Source of the DNA: Anaeramoeba ignava BMAN | Taxonomy: Eukaryota; Protista; Anaeramoebae | Direction: 5' to 3' | DNA length: 64,000 bases | Assembly (NCBI GenBank): GCA_028826165.1 | Contig: JAPDFW010000141.1 | Coordinates: forward strand, 56,901-120,900 | In this document: piece by piece, positions 25,540-39,265 of the stretch | How the letters are laid out: each line of letters starts with the position of its first letter | Position numbering within the stretch: the stretch's first letter is position 1 | Position numbers and translations under genes: made by a program | The notes under the pieces: model-generated | Told to the model about the DNA's origin: nothing | Seen by the model: only the letters and a program-made list of their open reading frames with translations | Databases searched by the model: none

Positions 25540-28330
25540 AAAAATCGGGAAGTTTTTTCCATTTGATTTTATTTTGTTGGAATTGAAAAAAAAATAATAA
25601 GAGCAGATAATCAACAAATTAAGAATTATCTGAAACCAATCTCAAATTTATTTTATTTCCCTTTTTTTTCTGAGATTATAAAAATTGAATTATTTCTTTT
25701 TCTGATTTTTTATTACAATTTCCTTTTATTATCTTCCTTTTTTTTCCATAAAGAAGATATTTATTTTCTTTGATTTTGATTTATTATTTAAAATAAAAAA
25801 CAGAATTTAAATTTCAAAAATTAGAAAATTTGTTTTTCCCAAAATTGAAAAAAAATTACCCTTAGAAGAAATTCACAATGAAAAAAAAAGAATTACTTAA
25901 TCTCTTTAATCCTTTTCATTTTTTTTGGTTGATAATAACGAATTAATTTTGTGGAAAACATAATTTCAAAATGAAAAATATTTTGAATAAAAACATTTGG
26001 ATACTTTTCTCAATTTCACATATTTTCATTTCCTTTTTTTTTTTTACAAAATCAATATCATTATTTCTCCCTTATGTGAGAAGAAGAAAAAAAATTATAT
26101 TGAATTATAATATTGAAATTTTGAGATAGATTTGAGAGAAAAAGGAAAAAAAAAGATTTTATTTTTTGAAAATTTCTTTCCTTCCTTCATTTCATATAAT
26201 TATCTTTTCGATATCTTTGAAAAAAATTCCATTTAAATGAAGTAATAGAACATTAAAGTGATAAAAATTTCATCTTAAGAGATTCTTTGAGTTAAAAAAT
26301 TCATAATCAAAATATTCTAATTTGTTATCTATTTTTCAAAAATTTTTATTTAAACATAAAAAAAATTTGATGGATAATTTTCAATTCCTTTAGTTGAATG
26401 AAATAATCAAAAAATTCATCAACCAAAAAAAAAACAATCATTTCCATTCCTTTTCTATTATCTCTAAAATAATTTTCAAGTTTTCGAGTTACTTCTTCTT
26501 TTTTTTGTTCATTTTTTTTGTAATTAATATTTATTTCAAGAAAACATGAATTAAAATAACAGAAATATATCCTAAATCTAATTAATCTTGATTTAAGATT
26601 CAGAAAAAAAAGAATATGAATGAATGAATGAATAAATAAATAAATTTTCAATTCTTATTTACAATGAACTTTTTAATAAATTTAAGATTAATTTATTTAT
26701 ATCTTTTTTTGAAAATAAAGATTGATTTTTTTATGTAAATATTTCTTTTCTTTTATTATTGAATGAATTTTTATAAAAATTTGTTTTAAAAGAAAGAAAT
26801 TTGAATATTTTCAATTCAAAAAAAATAAATAAAAAGAATTAAAATGTAAAATTTGATTCAAACATTTTAATTATTCATATTCTCATTATTTTTGGGATTC
26901 ATTTAAATCATACTTCAAAATTAAGGAGGAAACAGAAAAAATTATGAAATGAAGAATATCCCTTTTTTCATCAAGAATTTTATTCTATTTTTATCAACAA
27001 ATAATCAATAAATCAATAAATCAATAGATTTATGATGAATATTAATTAAGAAAAAAAGAAAAATAAGAAATAAGAAATAACAATTTTTTTCAGATTATTT
27101 GATTAATGTTACTTATTATTTTGGTTTTTGAGAACTTACTTTTCTTCATTTTTTCTCTTTTTTTTTTGATTATCATTTATTTTTTTTTCCATTTTGAATA
27201 TTATCTTGATTTCTTTTTTTTCATTATTGTTGTTATTATTATTATTCTCCAAAAATTCATAAAAATTATCATTTTCAATGAAACTTTCAAATATGAAAAT
27301 ATATTTATTTTGTTAATTATTCACTTAAATATTTGATATTGAAGAATTTTTTATCAAAATTTATTATTTATATTTAAGATATTTCAACTTCTAATCTTCC
27401 ACTTTTCTTCCATTAATTTGAAAGAAAAATATTTTTTTATTTTTATTAATCAATTAATTTCCCTCATCTCATACTTTGATAATTTACTTTAATTCATTTT
27501 TTTTAAAATTTCTGTTAATTATTCTTATAAAAAATGAGGTTCATTAATTTCATCAATTATAAAGAGTAAATTTTACTTTAATTCTGAATAATTAACTAAT
27601 CAATTAAAAAAAAACTTTTTAAAAATTTTGAATAATTGAGAGAGATAAATTATATATCAATTTTGAGAATAAATAAAAATTCAATAAATCATCTACAAAA
27701 GATTTTGGAATGTATGATAATTTTTTTTTGTAATTTTCAATAAGTATTGGGAAATTGAATTATTATTTTTTTATGATTTCTTTCATTTATAAGACTATCT
27801 GTTAATTGTTTTACTTCCTTTTCTAACTCTTGATTTATTGATATATCTTCTTTATTCTTTTTTGGATTTGTAAAGAAAATAGATTATATTATCATTATCA
27901 TTATTATTTTGAAGAGAGATTTTATCATGAACAAATAAAATAAAATTGAATAAAATTGAATACATAAAAATTATCCAAAATTTTGAAAAGAAGAGAATTA
28001 TTCTCTTATTTTTGAAATTAACAATAAATAATTTCCCTAATAATTCTTTTATTTTTTTTTCATTTTTTTTCTCAAAGTTTTAATCCCATTTTTTAATCAA
28101 AATTCCCAAATAAAAATTTAAGTTCAATTTTTTTTTGATTGATTAATTTTTTTTCTCCAGTTGATTTTAATTTAAATAATTAAAGGAAAGATTTATCAAT
28201 AATCTATTTCAAATAAACAATATAAATTTTTTTTTCATTTTTATTTTTTGAGGAAATTTTTTATTTAATAAATCAATAAATCTGAATATTGAAAGAATAA
28301 ATTTCTTTTACAAAGTGAAATAACTTCAAA
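25540..28330 (-). pseudogene. Eroded coding/transposable-element relic, unidentified
   Basis: Broken ORF pieces such as IVFFLVDEFF (Walker-B-like) in 26346..26651; no intact frame. Confidence 0.25.
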
Positions 28331-28841
28331 AGTGATTCTTTTTCTTTTTTTTACAGAAATATTATTTATTTTTCATGTTCATATTTTGAAAAGAAAATAA
28401 AATACAATAATAAATAATAAATAAACATTATTTTTCTTTTGGAAATATAATTTAATTAAAAAATAATATCAAAATAACAAATTATTATTTTCTAAAATTA
28501 AAAATAAAATTAAAATGAGGAATAATATTTTTATTTCAAAACCCAAAAATTAATTTATTTTTTTTTAAAATTAAAATGAAATAACAATTCTTTTTACAAA
28601 AATCAAAAACAAAAATCTAAATTATTTCAAAATCATTTCAATTTAATAAACAACTTTTTTTTTGAATTTAATTAGATTAGATTAATTAGATTAATTTTTA
28701 TTTTTACAAATTCAAATAATTTGAAAATAATTTTATCCTTTCCTCTTAAAAATTAAATTAAAATTATTTTATTTAAATAATAAATATCAAAAATAATCAA
28801 TTTTTATTTTGAATTGAATAATATTAAATTATTTATAATAG

Positions 28842-28955
28842 GAAGTAAAAATAAATCAAAATCAAAATTTACTTTTTCTTTTTTCTTTTTGAAAAAAATG
28901 AATTATTTATTGAATGAAAATTTGTTTTTATTTTATTTTGAAAAAAAAATAGTAT
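28842..28955 (+). other. Two candidate 3-nt microexons: GAA (28842-28844) and TAT (28953-28955)
   Basis: aatag|GAA|gtaaaa and aatag|TAT|gtaaaa, 108 nt apart. Confidence 0.55.
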
Positions 28956-29119
28956 GTAAAAATAAACATTTTTTTTGTGATTTTTCTTTTGAATAAAAAC
29001 AAAAACAAATTTCCCAAATAAAATAATATTTATTTAGTTCATTTGAAAAAAATAATCTAAATTTAATTTTAATTTAATTTAATTTAATTTGAAATTGGGG
29101 AAATATCAAATAAGATTTT

Positions 29120-32100
29120 GATTTTTGATTTTATTAAGAAAATCATAAGTGAGATTTCTACATGTTTTTTTTATGTTTTTTTTGAAGTAATTTTGATAAA
29201 AGAAAATAAAGGAAAATGGAATAATTCATTTTTAAATTAATTTTTATAATCATATTCTATTTAATCTTTCAATTAAGAATAATCTATCAAATAATCTGTA
29301 TAATATTCTGATTATTCTTTTCATTATTTTGATTCTAACTCTAATTCTGATATCTTTGTTAATTAATATTTCCAAATATTCTTTGTATCCTTTCTTAGAT
29401 TTATTTTCTTTGTTATAATTTATTTTCTTTGAATCTTTCTTTCTTCTTTGAATTTGTTTTTATTTTTGAATTTGTTTTTATTTTCAGAATTATCCTTGTT
29501 ATTTATCTTATTAATTTTATTATCATTATTGAATTTGATTTTGAATTTGATTTTCTTCATTATTTCTCATTTTCTATTCATCTTTCTTATATTATATTCT
29601 ATTTCTCATTAACTATAAATTATGATATAATTTCAAATATCTTCTGAATATATTCTATTGTTTATTTTTTCATATATTTACCTTCTGTTAATTTCTTTTA
29701 TTAGTTTTTTTTTGTTTATTTATTTAATTGAATGAATTGATTTTTATTCATTTATTTCTTATTTCTTGATAAATTTAATATTTACAAATAAAGAAAATAA
29801 TTTAATATTTCTTTTCTTTTCTTTAAATAACATAGATATATTTCATATTATTATTTTTTTCATTTAATAAGTATATTTATTGATTCCATTTATGAAAATT
29901 ATTAATTTTAGAAGAATAATATTTTTTTGATATTTTAGATATTTTTTTATTCTTTGATTTTTTTTTGGTTTATAATTTAATTATTTCTAAATAAATTATT
30001 TTTTTTTCTATCCTTGATTCATTCTAATTTCTTTTTATCTTTCTAAAAAATAAATATTCTTTGAATTATTTTGAAATATTTTGTATTCCTTATTTCTATC
30101 TTATTTATAAAGATTGAATATAATTTCTTGAATTAAGATTTTCTAATTTTATTTTAATTTTTCTATTATTTTCTATCTTCTTATATTTATTTGAATTATG
30201 AAATTAGAAATGTTTATTTCATTCCAAAAAGTCAAAATATATGAATATAAATTAATTTTTTTAAATAAACTTGATTTAATATGTTTATTAACAATTAAAT
30301 TTATTCTTTGATATTATTTCTTTTTTTATTATTAATAATAATATTAGGGTTTTTGTTACATAATATAATTATGTAAGAATTGTTATTTTATAAATAATTA
30401 TTTTATAAATGATTTGAAATATTATTTAAATTGATTATAAACCTTAATTAATTAAAAAATTGTTTTTTCTTGAATTTTTTTCGAATATTATTTTCAATAT
30501 ATTTATTTGAATTAAGAATAATTTCAAGATATTTAATATTTCCTTTTTATTTTTATTTTTATTTTTATTTTTATTTTTATTTTTATTTTTATTTGATTTT
30601 AATTCATAATAATTTTCAAGAATTGTTATTAATATTATTTGAACTTTAAATACAATTTCTATATATGAAAATTTTTTTATATCAATATAATCATATAATC
30701 AATAATAAAATTTTATCTCTTCAATAATAAAATGATTAATAATTCCAAATATTAAAAAAAGGGATAAATAATATTTCTCTTTCTGATTTATTCCATATTT
30801 ATTTACCTTATAATATTTATTTAAGAAGTTTTAAATAATAATAATAATATTGATGAAATTTGATAATAATTTTTCTAATTAATTTTCTAATTAATTATAT
30901 CAAAATATTTTTGAATATTTATATTTATTATATAAGGTTATTTTATTTATATTAATTTATTTTTGTAACTTTAAAATTTCTATTCTTATATTCATTATTT
31001 TTCTAAATCCAATTTATTTATACAAGATATATTCTCATAATAATTTAATTTATTCAAATATTCTTTTCAAAAATAATAAATATTCTTATTAATAAATTGT
31101 TTATAGATAAACATAATTCTTCTTGAAAACATTTAATTTATTACTTTTGGATTCATATTCTTTATTTATTCTTTCATTATTCTGTTTATTTATTTAATAA
31201 ATTGATAATAATAATATTTTTGAATTTTCTTTTTTTCAATATAATATAATATAATATAATAATTTTTGATAAATTTTTATCTTATTATATTCATAAATTG
31301 AACTATTTCTTGAATTTTAAATTATTTTTATTAATTTATTATAAGGAATTATTTATTTAATTTATTTAATATCAAATTGTATGATTATTATTTTATTTTC
31401 TATTTCATTTTATTTCATTTAAATATTGATTCTTTAACTTGTATTTTAATTTCATTAATAAGTTATTTAAATTATTTTTTATTTATTATTAAATATAATA
31501 TCTTTTTTCTTTTTCTTTTCATTTCAATTCATTAATTTATTTATCTATTTTTTATTATCTATTTTTTATTCCTCAAAATATTTTTTATCAATATTATTTA
31601 CTTTTTTTTTTTGAATTAAATTATGTTAAATTAATTCCAATCTTAATTTTTTTATCTATTTATATTTATATTTATAAATTTTCTTTTCTTAAATTTATTA
31701 TCTTTTATATTTCTAATTATTGAAATATTGAGAATTGATTTCTGATTTAAATTTTTTTTTTTGATTTCTCAATTCTTCTCATTATTATATCTTGAAATTA
31801 TTATTTTATTAATTGATAATATTTCTTTTTCTTTTTCTTTTCTTTTCTTTTCTTCTTGATTAATATTTATTTTTGTTTTTAAGATAATTTTTATTTTTAT
31901 TTTAATTTTTGATTTTCAAAAAAAAATGATTTATATTTCTTATTACATTATTTTGAATATTAAATATGATTTGAGTATTAAATCACAAATGTTTTTTTTT
32001 TCAATTTTATTTATTTATTTGATTAAAATATCCTCATCTTATTATATATTTTTATTTCCTTTCTTAATTTTTTTTCAATTATTTGATTTATTTTATTCAT

Positions 32101-33572
32101 AATTTGATATTGATTTATATATTTCATATATTCTCTAATAACATTTAATTCTTCTATTTTAATTTATATTAATATTTTTATTATAATTGTTAATTTATTG
32201 AGTATATTTACTTATATATATATTTATTATTTGATAAATATTTTTATTCCTATTTGATTTATTTCTTAAATTAATAATAATTTTTAAAAATATATTCTTT
32301 TTCTCAAATATATTTCTTGTATTATGGAAATTGTTATTCTTTATTTTAGAAATATATTTTTAAATTTATTTCTAATTTTTTTTTTGAGTTTTATTTATTC
32401 TATTTAATTCATTAATATTAATAAATAAATTATATTTTAAATTTAGAATTGATTTATTTTTGTGAATTTAATTCATTTTATTATTTCAATTTTCTTTCTT
32501 TTTAATATTTTTAAATAAATTTTGAATATTTTTTTTATTTGATATTTTATTCCTTTCATTTTTATAATTTCAAAAAGAGTTAATATATTATTTTTATTAT
32601 TTTGAATAATTCCTAATAGATGAAAATTGATAATATTATTAATAATAATTTCAAATATATTAAGAAATGATTTTCTGATAATTAATTTATATAAATTTAA
32701 AATTTGTAATATCTTGTTTTAATTAATTTTTAATTTAATATTTTTGAATTTCTATATTTAATTTGATTTTTTTTCTTTAAATTTATATCTATTTCCTAAT
32801 TTTATAAAATAAGAAAAAATTTTGATATTTCTTGTTATAAATTATTTATTTATTATTTTTATAAATTTTTAAATAAGAATAATTAACACTTTTATTTATA
32901 AATTATTCAAAAATCTTTTTATTTTTATTTGAATAATTTTAATTTAATTTAATTTAATTTAATTTAATTTAAAGAATTACTTTTTTTTGTATTATTTCTT
33001 TAATCTTATTTAAAATAATATTATTTCTCATATTTTTTTTATTGATTAGATTGAATATTTTCAATTTCTTTCTTTCTTATTAATTAATTAAATTTAATTT
33101 TTTTGATAAATTATTTTTATTATTTTGATTTTTTTTTTCAAATTGAATTTATCTTGTTTTGTAATTATCTCTTATCTTAGATATTTTAACTAAATAAATC
33201 TAAATATAAATATAAATATAAATATAAATATAAATATAAATATAAATATAAATATAAATATAAATATAAATATAAATATAAATATAAATATAAATATAAA
33301 TATAAATATAAATATAAATATATAAATATAAATATAAATATAAATATAAATATAAATATAAATATAAATATAAATATAAATATAAATATAAATATAAATA
33401 TAAATATAAATATAAATATAAATATAAATATAAATATAAATATAAATATAAATATAAATATATTCCTCTTTTCATCTTATTATTTATTCCTTTATAATCT
33501 CTCTATCTTTCATAACCTTAAAATATAAATCTATATTATTATTATTTCTCTTCAATTAATCTTTAATAATTT
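29120..33572 (-). mobile_element. AT-eroded, uninterrupted copy of the APE-RT non-LTR retrotransposon (copy C)
   Basis: Colinear with 37165-39265 plus 42878-44050 (29128~37164, 31288~42941, 32291~43931). Possible TSD AATAAGATTTT at 29109-29119 and 33573-33583 (weak in such AT-rich DNA). Confidence 0.85.
33200..33460. repeat. (TAAATA)n microsatellite
   Basis: Near-perfect hexamer array. Confidence 0.95.
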
Positions 33573-33847
33573 AATAAGATTTTAATATATTTATTAAATT
33601 AAATTAAATTAAATTAAATTAAATTAAATTAAATTAAATTAAATTAAATTAAATTAAATTAAATTAAATTAAATTAAATTAAATTAAATTAAATTAAATT
33701 AAATATATTTGGAAATTAATGGAAAATCTTAATAAATATACAAAATTTCCCTAATTTAATTATTTTATTTTTTTTTCAAAAACAAAAAACAAAAAACAAT
33801 TTAAATCTAATCTTTTCTTTTTAAATTAAAAATAAATAATAAATTAG

Positions 33848-33850
33848 AAA
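33848..33850 (+). other. Candidate 3-nt microexon AAA upstream of an ankyrin exon
   Basis: attag|AAA|gtaatt, 183 nt before the exon at 34034. Confidence 0.5.
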
Positions 33851-34033
33851 GTAATTTTATTTATTATTTTATTTTGATTTTCAAAAAAAACACAAAAAAT
33901 ATTATTTCAAAAAAAATTATAAATTTTTTTAATTTTAAATAACAAAAAAAAATATAAGAGAAAATTATTTAAAATATAAATTAAAGAGAAATTTATTTTT
34001 TAATTTAATTTATTATTTCAAAACAAAAAAAAG

Positions 34034-34129
34034 TGGTCTCCAGTTCATTATTTATGTAGGAATGAATCAATTACATTTGATATGATTAAATTATTAGTTG
34101 ATAATGGAGCTAATTTTAAATTAAGTGGA
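34034..34129 (+). CDS. Isolated intact 96-nt phase-0 ankyrin-repeat exon
   Basis: aaag|TGGTCT...AGTGGA|gtaagt encodes [32 protein letters not shown] (32 aa). The rest of the gene is not resolved. Confidence 0.8.
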
Positions 34130-34469
34130 GTAAGTTTTTAATTAATTAATTAATTTATTTTTTTTTTCAAAATATTATTTTTATTGATTTTATAAGAAGA
34201 TATTTCATTTCCATTTTTAAATAAACATAAACATAAACAAAAACAATATTTTTATTTCAATTATTTTATTAATTAAAACAAAACAATTTTGAATTTTTTT
34301 TTAAAATTAATAAGAATATAATCAAAAAAAAAGAAATAAATTTTAATTATAATTTTAATTATAATTTTTATTCCAAAAAAAAATCAAAATAATATTAATA
34401 TTTATTATTTGATTATTATATTTCAATTTATTTTAATCAAAAAAAAATAAATTCAATTTCAAATTCAAT

Positions 34470-34605
34470 TTAATATTCAATTATTTCGGCTGAGGGCTCG
34501 CAATTGTATTTTCTTAATAAAATTTAATTAGAAAATAAAAGAAAATTTGTTTTTGTCTTTTTCGATTTCTTGAGGTCATTTCGGCCAACTTTCGGCTATC
34601 TATCA
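34470..34605. mobile_element. Diverged terminus related to the end of the Sola-like element
   Basis: TCAAT-TA-TTTCGG-N11-CAATTG and GATTTCTTGAG match TCAAT-G-TTTCGG-N11-CAATTG...GATTTCTTGAG at 59332-59381. Several TTTCGG motifs are present. Confidence 0.45.
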
Positions 34606-35379
34606 AAAAATCAACATAAATTATCATTCAAAAAAAAATTCTAATTAAAACTTAATATTTTTCTCTCAAGTTAATGAATCGAAATTCTCAACAAAGACTT
34701 TTTTTCTTTTGAAAATTATGTCTCAATTCTCGAACCTCTTTCTATATATTTTTTAGATATTATTTTTTCCATGAATTTTATTATATTTCTTTTTTTCTCT
34801 TCAATTTAGTTCCTGAATTATTCAAGAAGCTTATTATAATGTGTTTATTTTCCTCTTTTTTTCCTCTTTTTTCTTTTTATTATTCATTTTCCTTTTATTT
34901 TATTCATTATTTATTAATTTTTCATTTTGATATTGTTTTTAATTTTTATTTTAATTCAGTTTTTTGCTTTAATTTTAATTTTCATTTTGATTTTTCTTAT
35001 GAAAGATTGAATAAAATCAAAAACTTTTTTTTTTAGATTTTTTTTTTAAAAATTTTTTTTTGAATTTTTTTTTTCATTTTTCATTTCACATTTCTTTATT
35101 CATTTTAATTTATTTGTAATAAAATGAATCTCTCTATCAATATTAATGAGTTCTTGCAATTAGTTGTTGGTATTTCGAATTCATTTGGATTTCTTATATT
35201 TTATTTCGATTATGAAAAATTTCCCAAAAAAAAAAAGATTTTTTTTCTTCCTTAAACGTTTGTTGCTTTTGGATTAGTTTTAAAAAAGTATCATTTAATA
35301 TTAGGAAATTGAATTTAATGTAGTTTGAATCGAATTTTAAGATCAAGAATTGAAAAAAAATTAAAGAAAAAAAGAATCT

Positions 35380-37160
35380 CAATTTCAATTTTATTTCAAT
35401 TTTATTTCAATTTTATTTCAATTTTATTTCAATTTTATTTCAATTTTATTTCAATTTTATTTCAATTTTATTTCAATTTCAATTTTATTTCAATTTTATT
35501 TCAATTTCAATTTTAATTTTATTTCAATTTTATTTCAATTTTATTTCAATTTTATTCCAATTTTATTTCAATTTTATTTCAATTTTATTTTAATTTTATT
35601 TTAATTTAATTTTATTTTTATTTCAATTTTTTATTTTATTTAATTTTATTTTAATTTTATTTTATTTTAATTTTATTTTAATTTTATTTCAATTTTATTT
35701 CAATTTTTATTCAATTTTTTTTTATTTCAATTTTATTTCAATTTTATTTCAATAATTTTATTTCAATTTTATTTCAATTTTATTTCAATTTTATTTCAAT
35801 TTTATTTCAATTTTATTTCAATTTTATTTCAATTTTATTTCAATTTTATTTCAATTTTATTTCAATTTTATTCCAATTTTATTTCAATTTTATTTCAATT
35901 TTATTTCAATTTTATTTCAATTTTATTTCAATTTTATTTCAATTTTATTTCAATTTTATTTCAATTTTATTTCAATTTTATTTCAATTTTATTTCAATTT
36001 TATTTCAATTTTATTTTGATTTTATTTCAATTTTTATTTCAATTTTATTTCAATTTTATTTCAATTTTATTTCAATTTTATTTCAATTTTATTTCAATTT
36101 TATTTCAATTTTATTTCAATTTTATTTCAATTTTATTTCAATTTTATTTCAATTTTATTTCAATTTTATTTCAATTTTATTTCAATTTTATTTTAATTTT
36201 ATTTCAATTTTATTTCAATTTTATTTCAATTTTATTTCAATTTTATTTCAATTTTATTTTAATTTTATTTTAATTTTATTTCAATTTTATTTCAATTTTA
36301 TTTCAATTTTATTTCAATTTTAATTTTATTTCAATTTTATTTCAGTTTTTATTTCAATTTTATTTCAATTTTATTTTAATTTTAATTTAATTTTTATTTC
36401 AATTTTTATTTCAATTTTATTTCAATTTTATTTCAATTAATTTTATTTTAATTTTATTTCAATTTTATTTCAATTTTATTTCAATTTTATTTCAATTTTA
36501 TTTCAATTTTATTTCAATTTTATTTCAATTTTATTTCAATTTTATTTTAATTTTATTTCAATTTTATTTCAATTTTATTTCAATTTTATTTCAATTTTAT
36601 TTTCAATTTTATTTCAATTTTATTTCAATTTTATTTCAATTTTATTTCAATTTTATTTCAATTTTATTTCAATTTTTATTTCAATTTTATTTCAATTTTA
36701 TTTTCAATTTTTTATTCCGATTTTATTTTCAATTTTATTTCAATTTTTTCAATTTTATTTCAATTTTATTTTAATTTTTTTTATTTCAATTTTATTTCAA
36801 TTTTATTTTCAATTTTATTTTTTAATTTTTATTTCAATTTTATTTCAATTTTATTTCAATTTTATTTCAATTTTATTTTAATTTTATTTCAATTTTATTT
36901 CAATTTTATTTTAATTTTATTTTAATTTTATTTTAATTTTATTTCAATTTTATTTCAATTTTATTTCAATTTTATTTCAATTTTATTTCAATTTTATTTC
37001 AATTTTATTTCAATTTTATTTCAATTTTATTTCAATTTTATTTCAATTTTATTCAATTTTATTTCAATTTTATTTCAATTTTATTTCAATTTTATTTCAA
37101 TTTAATTTTAATTTTAATTTAATTTTATTCAATTTTATTTTAATTTTATTTTAATTTTAT
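35380..37160. repeat. (ATTTTATTTCA)n 11-mer array
   Basis: Visible tandem array. The same unit occurs at 60290-61900 and in reverse complement at 49370-50400. Confidence 0.95.
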
Positions 37161-39265
37161 TCCGATTTTATTAAGGAAATCTCAAGTGAGATTCCTGCAT
37201 GTTTCTTTTGTAAGTAATTTTGAAATGAAAAATAAAAAATAAAAAATTTAAAAAATTTAAAAGAAAAGTAAGTGGAACACCTCATTTTTCGACTATATTT
37301 AGTCACTCTCTATTGAGTTTACCAAGGAAGAAGAATATGGAACATAATCTGTATCATATTCCGATTCTTCTTCCCATGACTTTGTTTCTGATTCTGAACT
37401 TGATTCAGATATTTTCGATAATTGATATTTCCAAGTTTTCTCTGGATTTTTTCTTAGATTTCTTCTTCTATTACTACATTTTATTGTCTTTGTTTTTTTG
37501 CTCTTTTTCTTTTTCTATTTCTATTTTTATTTCTATTTCTTTTTCTCTTTCTTTTTTTTTGGTTTGTTTTTATTTTCATTTTTATTCTCATTATCATTTT
37601 CATTATTCATGTCACTTTGTTGTTGATTTTCATTTTGATTTCTTTCTTCATTTTCAATATTCTCATCATCTATCTGAATTATATTCTCATCCATTATAAT
37701 TTCTGATCTAATTTCAAAAGCTTTTTGAATATATTCTATAGTTTTGTCATATATTCTCTTTCTGCTAATTTCTTTCATTAATTTAATTGTCTGTTTTATT
37801 GGATGTATTGATTTCAACCATTTATTTCTTATCACTTGATACATTGGGCATTTCCAAAGAAAATGATCCAATGTTTCTTCTTCTTCTCCACAACATGGAC
37901 ATTTCACATCACTATTTCTCATGTGGTGGCTATATGATTTAAGTCCATTTGTGAATATTCTTAATTTCATTAATATAGTACTTTTTTGATATTTTAAATA
38001 TGTTTTTATTTTTGGTTTTTTAGGTTCTAATTTAGTAATTTCTGAATAGGCTATTGTTTTCCATCCTGAATTGATACTCATTTCTTGGTGCCTTGCTAAA
38101 AATAAATATTTTTGAATGATTTTCAAGTTTTGATTTTCCCATATTTGATCATTTCTCTCTCTCTCATTTGTGAAGATTGGACATAATTCTTTAAGTTCTG
38201 ATTTTTCAATTTTATCTAATTTTTCTCTTATTTTCCACCTACGTATATTTATTTGTGTTCTGAAACTGGGAGTATTCGTTTCATTCCGAAAAGTAAGCGT
38301 AGGTGAATGAAAGTTTATTTTCAAAATTGATTTAATATGTTTATTTACCATTAAATCCATTGTTTGATATTGTTTCTTTCTGAGTATTAATGCCTCTGTA
38401 CCATAATATAGTTGTGGAAGAATTGTCATTTTATAAATTATAATTTTCAAGTGATTAGAAATTTGGTTGGATTGTATTATAAATCTCAATTTTTGAAAAG
38501 TTTTTTCACATTTTTTCTATATTATTTTCTATATGTTTCTTTGCATCAAGTATAATCCCAAGATATTTAACATTTCTTTTTTGTTTTGTTATTATAGTTT
38601 TATTTTTATTAGGTCTTAATTCATAATTTTCAAGAATTTATAATATTGATTGAACTTTAGTTATGACTTTATTATAAGAATTTTTTACTAATAGTATCAT
38701 ATCATCAGCATACATTTGGATATGATCAACCCTTAGTTTTATTTTTTCAATTATAAAGTGGCTGACCATTCCAAATATTAAAGGAGATAATGGATCTCCT
38801 TGATAGATACCACATCCATTTCCCTTATAATATTCATTTAATAGTTTTTTAATATTATTATTGCTGATGAATTTATTAATAACTTTTCTAATTAATCCAT
38901 GATCAATAATATCAAAACATTTTTGAATGTCTATACTTATTATATATGGTTCTTTTATTTCTTTCAATTTCTTTTGTAACTCTAAGACTGCTATTCTTGT
39001 ATCCATCATTTTTCTAAAACCCATTTGTTGATACGAGATGTATTCCCATATTGGTTCAATTTCTTCAAATATTCTTTTCAAAAATATTCTCACTAAATCA
39101 TTATTTATAGATATTGGACGATAATTAGAGATTTGGTTAGGATCCCCTTGTTTAAATATAAGCACCATTCTTCTTGAAAGCATATATTTTATTACTTCTT
39201 GGTTGGGATCTCTTATCCATTCTCTCATCATTCTGTTTACTGATTTGGTAAATTCATAATATTTT

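Noticed and set aside
35380-37160. 11-mer array as a telomeric repeat or a LINE-generated tail
   Set aside because: It is internal and G-poor, also occurs within the DNA transposon, and is absent beside LINE copies B and C.
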